Positions 58,476 through 64,000 of a stretch of DNA of 64,000 nt are shown piece after piece. Source of the stretch: an uncultured Nitrospiraceae bacterium (GTDB taxonomy: Bacteria; Nitrospirota; Nitrospiria; Nitrospirales; Nitrospiraceae); contig CAWJWJ010000001.1 of NCBI GenBank assembly GCA_963846575.1, forward strand, positions 960,001-1,024,000, given 5' to 3'. The position numbers and the translations under genes are program-made. The notes beneath the pieces were generated by a model that made no database searches, had not been told where the DNA came from, and saw only the letters and a list, made by a program, of their open reading frames with translations. The first letter of the stretch is position 1, and every line of letters begins with the position of its first letter.

Positions 58476-60008
58476 ATGACGACGGAAAATCTCATGTCAG
58501 ATCTGGCCCAGTTGCGAACGCCGTGCGTGATGGTCATTTTCGGCATTGATGGCGATCTCGCAAAGCGAAAACTGTTCCCGGCTCTGTACAACCTCATGGC
58601 AGGCCGGTTTCTTCCCGAGCGATTTTCAATCGTGGGTTTGGATCGGGCGGAAAAAACTACGGCGGAGTTTCGGGAGAAACTGGACCTGGGCATCGGAGAG
58701 TATCTTCCGGACGACGCGGACCGGACGGTGTGGCAGGCGCTGTCGGAGCGGGTGCATTATCTGGCGGGAAACTTCCAGGACGGTCTCACCTATCGGCGGT
58801 TGAATGATCTGCTTCAACAGGTTGATGCGGAGGCCTGTACGGGCGGCAATTACATCTTTTATTTGGCGACGATCCCCGGGTTATTCGGTCAAATCGTGAC
58901 GCACTTGGGAGAGTACGGACTCACGGCTGAACGCAACGGCACCTGGCGCCGTGTCGTCATCGAAAAACCGTTCGGGCATGATTTGGAATCGGCGCGGACC
59001 CTCAACCACGAACTGCAGCGTGTGTTGCAGGAGCGTCAGATCTACAGAATCGATCACTATCTGGGCAAAGAAACGGTTCAGAATATTCTGGTGTTCCGGT
59101 TTGCCAATGGCATTTTCGAACCGGTCTGGAATCGGCAGTATATCGACCACGTCCAGATTACGGTGGCCGAGAGTTTGGGGGTGGAACATCGGGGCCGCTA
59201 CTATGAAGAGGCCGGGGCCTTGCGGGACATGGTGCCGAATCACCTCTTGCAACTGCTGTGTTTTCTGGCGATGGAGCCGCCCAATTCATTTGCCGCTGAT
59301 GCCGTGCGGGATGAGAAAGCGAAGGTGCTGCGGGGAGTGGTGCCGTTCAGTTCGCTGGATGTCCTGCGGTTCGTCGTGTTTGGTCAATACGGTGCGGGTA
59401 CCGTCTCGGAAAAACCGGTGATCGGGTACAGGGAGGAGCCGCACGTACATCCCACCTCCATGACCGAGACATTTGTGGGGATGAAACTCTTCATTGACAA
59501 CTGGCGTTGGGCCGGAGTTCCCTTCTACCTGCGGACCGGGAAGCGCATGGCGCGGCGGTTGACCGAAATCGTCGTGCAGTTCAAGCGGGCCCCGTTCATG
59601 TTGTTTCGAAAAACGGATGTCGATCGATTGGTCCCGAACGTGCTCGTCATCCGCATTCAACCGGATGAAGGGATTTCCCTGCGTTTTGATGCCAAAGTAC
59701 CGGGGCCGACGGTCCGGATCGGGACGGTCGACATGGATTTTCAATATGCCGACTATTTCGGCAATGCGCCAAATACGGGCTATGAGACATTGCTGCATGA
59801 TGCGATGGCGGGAGATGCCACGCTCTTTCAACGGTCGGATAACATCGAATTGGGTTGGTCGGTCGTGCAAATGATTCTGGACGTCTGGAAATCCCTCCCC
59901 GGGCCCGCGGTTTTTCCGAATTACCAGAGCGGAAGCTGGGGACCGGCGGAGTCGGAGGCCCTCTTGCGGCGCGAGGGCCGCGAGTGGTGGAACGGAGGCC
60001 GGCCGTAG
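58476..60008 (+). CDS. zwf: Glucose-6-phosphate dehydrogenase
   Basis: [44 protein letters not shown]. Confidence 0.97.
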   Translation: MTTENLMSDLAQLRTPCVMVIFGIDGDLAKRKLFPALYNLMAGRFLPERFSIVGLDRAEKTTAEFREKLDLGIGEYLPDDADRTVWQALSERVHYLAGNFQDGLTYRRLNDLLQQVDAEACTGGNYIFYLATIPGLFGQIVTHLGEYGLTAERNGTWRRVVIEKPFGHDLESARTLNHELQRVLQERQIYRIDHYLGKETVQNILVFRFANGIFEPVWNRQYIDHVQITVAESLGVEHRGRYYEEAGALRDMVPNHLLQLLCFLAMEPPNSFAADAVRDEKAKVLRGVVPFSSLDVLRFVVFGQYGAGTVSEKPVIGYREEPHVHPTSMTETFVGMKLFIDNWRWAGVPFYLRTGKRMARRLTEIVVQFKRAPFMLFRKTDVDRLVPNVLVIRIQPDEGISLRFDAKVPGPTVRIGTVDMDFQYADYFGNAPNTGYETLLHDAMAGDATLFQRSDNIELGWSVVQMILDVWKSLPGPAVFPNYQSGSWGPAESEALLRREGREWWNGGRP

Positions 60009-60122
60009 CGACAGCCGAAGCAAACAGGCTCGTAGCCGCGGTGGTGAGACAAGAGGATTCAACCAAACCAGGCCGGTGAGGCATCTTCTCACGGGATGGT
60101 TCAGCGTGAGACGAGGTGAGTA

Positions 60123-60668
60123 ATGGCGCAGGCAAGGACAGAGATCGCGACCCTGGGAGGCGGATGTTTTTGGTGTCTCGAAGCCGTGTATGACCAGGTC
60201 AAAGGGGTCCAGTCGGTCGAGTCCGGATACATCGGAGGGCAGGTGCCGGCGCCCACCTACGAACAGGTGTGCGGCGGTCGGACCGGACATGCCGAGGCGG
60301 TGCGGATCGCGTTTGATCCTCAGGTGATCAGCTACCGCGACCTGCTGGATATCTTTTTCGTCATCCATGATCCCACGACGCTCAATCGACAGGGCAATGA
60401 CTCCGGAACACAGTATCGATCCGCGATTTTTTATCACAGTCCTGAACAGCAGCGGATGGCCGACGAGGTAATTGCCTCACTCACCCAAGAAGGCGTCTAT
60501 CCGAATCCCATTGTCACCGAGGTGGTGTCCGCGCCCGAGTGGTTCGAGGCCGAGTCCTACCACCAGGAATATTTCGCCCGCAATCCGTCCCAGGGCTACT
60601 GCACCTATGTTGTGGGACCCAAGGTGGCGAAGTTTCGGCAGCACTTTGCCACGCTCCTGAAGGCGTAG
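60123..60668 (+). CDS. msrA: Peptide methionine sulfoxide reductase
   Basis: GGGCFWC, TGHAE, HDPTTLNRQGND.GTQYRS, AESYHQEY. Confidence 0.97.
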   Translation: MAQARTEIATLGGGCFWCLEAVYDQVKGVQSVESGYIGGQVPAPTYEQVCGGRTGHAEAVRIAFDPQVISYRDLLDIFFVIHDPTTLNRQGNDSGTQYRSAIFYHSPEQQRMADEVIASLTQEGVYPNPIVTEVVSAPEWFEAESYHQEYFARNPSQGYCTYVVGPKVAKFRQHFATLLKA

Positions 60669-60692
60669 TGCCCGAACGATTGACATGATTTC

Positions 60693-61127
60693 CTAAGAAG
60701 GTTTGAAGAGTCGGCGCAGGTTGTCGGTCAGGTCGTGAAGTAGGTTCGGTTGCTGGTTAATGTGGTGGCGCTTGACGAGAAGTTCAGCTTGCGGAGGGCA
60801 GAACGGCCACTCGACAGTGCTCTTACCCTGCATTTGAGCGATGATGTCGTCGTTCGGTCCTTCTGGCGGGGAGTGGGTGACGATCAGGGGGTCCTTCGGA
60901 TCGAGCACACAGGTAGACTCATATCCGATTTCCCGGTATCGATCAGGTTGAAAAAGCAGCACCTTGTGGGAACCATTGGAGAACACCGTATCGCCTTCGC
61001 GAATGGGTCCATCCGGTGCGATTGAAAAAAGCACCATGGGGGTCAGCAGAATCACGGCGGCCGCCAGGGCAATTGACCATAAGGGAGGTTCCGCGTCGCG
61101 TCGCTGGATCTGGTTGGGTCTGCTCAT
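60693..61127 (-). CDS. Hypothetical membrane-anchored protein
   Basis: AAGGGAG RBS; one TM segment. Confidence 0.7.
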   Translation of the reverse strand: MSRPNQIQRRDAEPPLWSIALAAAVILLTPMVLFSIAPDGPIREGDTVFSNGSHKVLLFQPDRYREIGYESTCVLDPKDPLIVTHSPPEGPNDDIIAQMQGKSTVEWPFCPPQAELLVKRHHINQQPNLLHDLTDNLRRLFKPS

Positions 61128-61241
61128 GTTACCGGGCGGCTCCCTTCCAACCGAAGGACTTGCGTCCGCATACAAAGTTCTTCACACTTACGGCCATCTC
61201 GCATCCTGGTAACGGTCTCCTCTAGAGACGGAGAAAGGTTT

Positions 61242-61400
61242 GTGGCGACAGTCGCGATGGTCTATTGCCCCATGTGCTCCGGTAGTGCCAAACGGGTGAG
61301 CCGCCATGGCTGGCGAGATTTCCTCATGCAAGTCATCGGGTTTTATCCCTTTCGCTGTACGATCTGCCTCTATCGCTTCCGTCTCAGGCGTCGAACGTAA
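61242..61400 (+). CDS. Small Zn-ribbon protein (52 aa), not in ORF track
   Basis: GGAGAAAGG RBS; MATVAMVYCPMCSGSAKRVSRHGWRDFLMQVIGFYPFRCTICLYRFRLRRRT. Confidence 0.7.
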   Translation: MATVAMVYCPMCSGSAKRVSRHGWRDFLMQVIGFYPFRCTICLYRFRLRRRT

Positions 61401-61783
61401 CGAAGATCGCTCACGTGTCCGGGTGCCCGCGAAGTAGACACGCCCGACTCTCGCATCTCACAAGCTAGATCCATAATCTGGACGCAGAGGCCCGTCATCC
61501 GTCTCCACGGACTTGCAACGTCCCGGGAGGTTTTCGTAGCATACACCATCCTGAAACTGGGCCGGGGCCAGTCTATCGCCGAGCAGGTGGGTTCCCGTCA
61601 TGTCTTTTTGTGGTAAGTGTTCCGGATATACGAAGCGGTCTCGTCGCCAAGGACTCCTCGATTTTCTCTTCTTTCTCGTCGGCTACTATCCCTATCGTTG
61701 TGTGCGGTGCGGTCGGCGGACCCATCTTCGCCAACGCGTCTGACCAACGTGGCTCCCTCTCCTCCGCTTTCTTCCGAATAGCC

Positions 61784-62659
61784 TTACAGCAGATCGTCTT
61801 CTGAATCCGGCAGGCCGGGCTCTTCGGTGATGGCGTCGCTTCGGAGGGCCGAGAAGTCGAACAGCCGGCGATCAAGGAGCAGGGGCGGGGCTACATTGGA
61901 AAGGGCCGCGAACATACTGTCATTGGAGCCAGGAAATCGCTCGTTCCACTCGTGCAGCAACGTCTTTACCTGTTTCCGTTTCAAATCTTCCTGAGAGCCG
62001 CATAGGTCACAGGGGATGATCGGGAATTCGAGCAAGGCCGCATATCGCGCTAAGTCCGCTTCCTTGACATAGGCCAACGGCCGGATCACGAGATGACGAC
62101 CGCTTTTGGAACGCAGCTTCGGCGGCATGGCTTTCAGCTTGCCGGTAAAAAACATGTTGAGCAGGAGTGTTTCGAGAATGTCATCACGATGATGGCCCAG
62201 GGCGATCTTGGTCGCCCCCAGTTCCGTGGCGAGTCGATAGAGATGGCCTCGCCGAAGACGAGAGCAGAGTGAGCAGGTGGTCTGGCCTTCCGGAATCAAA
62301 CGTTTCACGATCGAGTAGGTATCGCGGGTCTCGATGTGGAATGGCACGCCGCGGCGGGTGAGATAGTCCGGCAGGACATGGGCGGGAAAGCCCGGTTGTT
62401 TTTGATCCAGGTTGACGGCGATGAGGTCGAAATGAATCGGTGCACGGCTGCGCAACGACAGGAGAATTTCCAGGAGACCGTAACTGTCCTTTCCCCCTGA
62501 AAGACACACCATCACCTTGTCGCCCGCTTCAATCATGCGGTAATCGGCGATGGCTTGTCCGACGAGACGACACAGTTTGGTTTCAAGCTTCTCTCTCTCT
62601 TCGGTGGGGGAGAGCGGCTGAACCAGGCCGGGAGAAAGTGGCGCGGGGGTATTGGACAT
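61784..62659 (-). CDS. ttcA: tRNA 2-thiocytidine(32) synthetase
   Basis: [30 protein letters not shown]. Confidence 0.96.
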   Translation of the reverse strand: MSNTPAPLSPGLVQPLSPTEEREKLETKLCRLVGQAIADYRMIEAGDKVMVCLSGGKDSYGLLEILLSLRSRAPIHFDLIAVNLDQKQPGFPAHVLPDYLTRRGVPFHIETRDTYSIVKRLIPEGQTTCSLCSRLRRGHLYRLATELGATKIALGHHRDDILETLLLNMFFTGKLKAMPPKLRSKSGRHLVIRPLAYVKEADLARYAALLEFPIIPCDLCGSQEDLKRKQVKTLLHEWNERFPGSNDSMFAALSNVAPPLLLDRRLFDFSALRSDAITEEPGLPDSEDDLL

Positions 62660-62887
62660 GCGGCATTGTATCCGAAGCAGGGGAGCGAATGGCACCCCTC
62701 ACGTACGTCCTCGTGGACGGGATCGACGCGAGATATGGCGCGGTGGGTTACGGGTTTCCGAAACTGACTGTGCTGCCTGCTCATGAGTCCCGGCCGGCGG
62801 GGCAGGACGTTCGGCAGGATTTTTAAGCCATGGTATAGTTAATTAGAGGCAAAATGGCGTCGGACCCGGCTTTTTGGTCGTCCAGCG

Positions 62888-63949
62888 ATGGGGCATACAC
62901 AAATACAGAGGCGGGGGAAGGCGTGCAGGCCCGAGGCGACAGCAGTCTGGGCGGACTGGACTGATGAGCAACTGCTGGACCTGCGCATGTGCGACCTGCA
63001 TGTCGACCTGGTGGGCAGCTTCTATGAGGAGCCGATTGTCCAGCTTCAGCGCGAATTGGCCGCGCGTGGACTTGTGTTCAAGCCCCATGTCTGGATCTCG
63101 GATGAATGGTTCACCCCGGATGGTGTACCCGGCATCGCCGTACCCTTCTACCTCGCGCATCCGCGGTTGGCGAAGTTGGAAGCCATGCAAATGTTGGAAG
63201 TCGAGGGAGGCACCCCTGACTGGTGCATGCGGATCCTGCGGCACGAGGCCGGTCACGCCATTGAGAACGCGTATTTGCTGCGCCGTCTCCGCCGCCGGCA
63301 GAAATTATTCGGCCGATCGTCGCAGCCGTATCCCACGTTCTACACTCCGCGTCCCTATAGCCGGAGTTTCGTGCGCCACTTGGATGTCTGGTATGCCCAA
63401 AGCCATCCGGACGAGGATTTCGCGGAGACCTTTGCCGTGTGGCTCGATCCGCAGTCACTGTGGAGGGAGCGCTACCGCGGCTGGCCGGTGATGAAAAAGC
63501 TGGAGTTCATGGAGCGGCTGATGGGTGAACTGGCCGGGGCCAGCCCGATTGTGACAGGGCGGCGGCAGTTGGATCCGCTCCGTCGCATTTACAAGACCCT
63601 TCGAGATCATTATGACGAGAAGCGAACACACTATGGGATTGGCGGCATACCCTCCTACGACAAGGATTTGAAGAAGGTGTTCTCCGACGCGCCGGCCTAC
63701 GTGAAAAATCAAACCGCCGCGTTGTTTCTCCATCGGACGAGGAAAGAGATTCGCCGACGGGTGGCCGAATGGACAGGGGAATATCAATACACCATCAATC
63801 AAGTGTTGGACGGCATGATTGAACGGTGTCAGGCGATGAATCTGCATCTGACCACGCAAAAAGAGCAGGCCAAGTTGGATTTTGCGATTCTGCTGACAGT
63901 ACAGACCATGAACCATCTTCACAGCGGCCGACATAAGGTGGCGTTATGA
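62888..63949 (+). CDS. Putative zinc-binding metallopeptidase
   Basis: HEAGH (HExxH) and YAQSHPDEDFAETFAVWL. Confidence 0.88.
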   Translation: MGHTQIQRRGKACRPEATAVWADWTDEQLLDLRMCDLHVDLVGSFYEEPIVQLQRELAARGLVFKPHVWISDEWFTPDGVPGIAVPFYLAHPRLAKLEAMQMLEVEGGTPDWCMRILRHEAGHAIENAYLLRRLRRRQKLFGRSSQPYPTFYTPRPYSRSFVRHLDVWYAQSHPDEDFAETFAVWLDPQSLWRERYRGWPVMKKLEFMERLMGELAGASPIVTGRRQLDPLRRIYKTLRDHYDEKRTHYGIGGIPSYDKDLKKVFSDAPAYVKNQTAALFLHRTRKEIRRRVAEWTGEYQYTINQVLDGMIERCQAMNLHLTTQKEQAKLDFAILLTVQTMNHLHSGRHKVAL

Positions 63950-64000
63950 GGCGATTGCGCATACTCGTGTTGATGCATAAAGACCTTGTCCCTCCCGAGC
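63946..64000 (+). CDS. Start of a coupled gene, possibly an ATP-grasp/D-Ala-D-Ala ligase-like protein (truncated by window edge)
   Basis: ATGA overlap; only 18 codons visible: MRRLRILVLMHKDLVPPE. Confidence 0.45.
   Translation, partial: MRRLRILVLMHKDLVPPE

Overview
A GC-rich bacterial chromosome segment. Gene content and style resemble Nitrospira; that is an inference, not a verified identification. Core genes, left to right: HU and a Fis-like gene; an Rrf2-led sulfate-assimilation cluster (sulfite reductase fused to HEPN-like and TusA domains, cysH, ybiB/trpD-like, cysD, cysN(C), Mrp, a PCP_red-repeat protein); yebC-ruvA-X-ruvB; pheA-hisC-aroF-tyrA-aroA-cmk-plsC-rpsA-sppA-ihfB; gdhA, lipB, htrA-like, a sigma70-family factor, trmI, an SDR, aroE, aroK; and further right pal-like, two PilZ genes, zwf, msrA, ttcA. 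The main accessory feature is an ~8.7 kb element inserted in tRNA-Arg(UCG), bounded by a 45-bp direct repeat (39406-39450 and 48067-48111). It encodes a tyrosine integrase whose reading frame runs through the att core, so excision would swap its C-terminal tail. It also carries a CGNR zinc-finger protein, an Xis-like HTH, an atypical rolling-circle (HUH-like) Rep and hairpin-rich origin-like DNA. Its intact cargo is a secreted 5x tachylectin-repeat protein behind a sigma54-type promoter, a peptidoglycan-binding protein and a lipoprotein. Beyond attR lie the relic 3' end of a second homologous integrase and a CxxC/His/RGPP leader ORF (CruR/CutF/DUF2946-like) upstream of a TonB-dependent receptor. 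About ten single-base frameshifts fall in the element core, plus one each in cysD and gdhA; many may be assembly errors.
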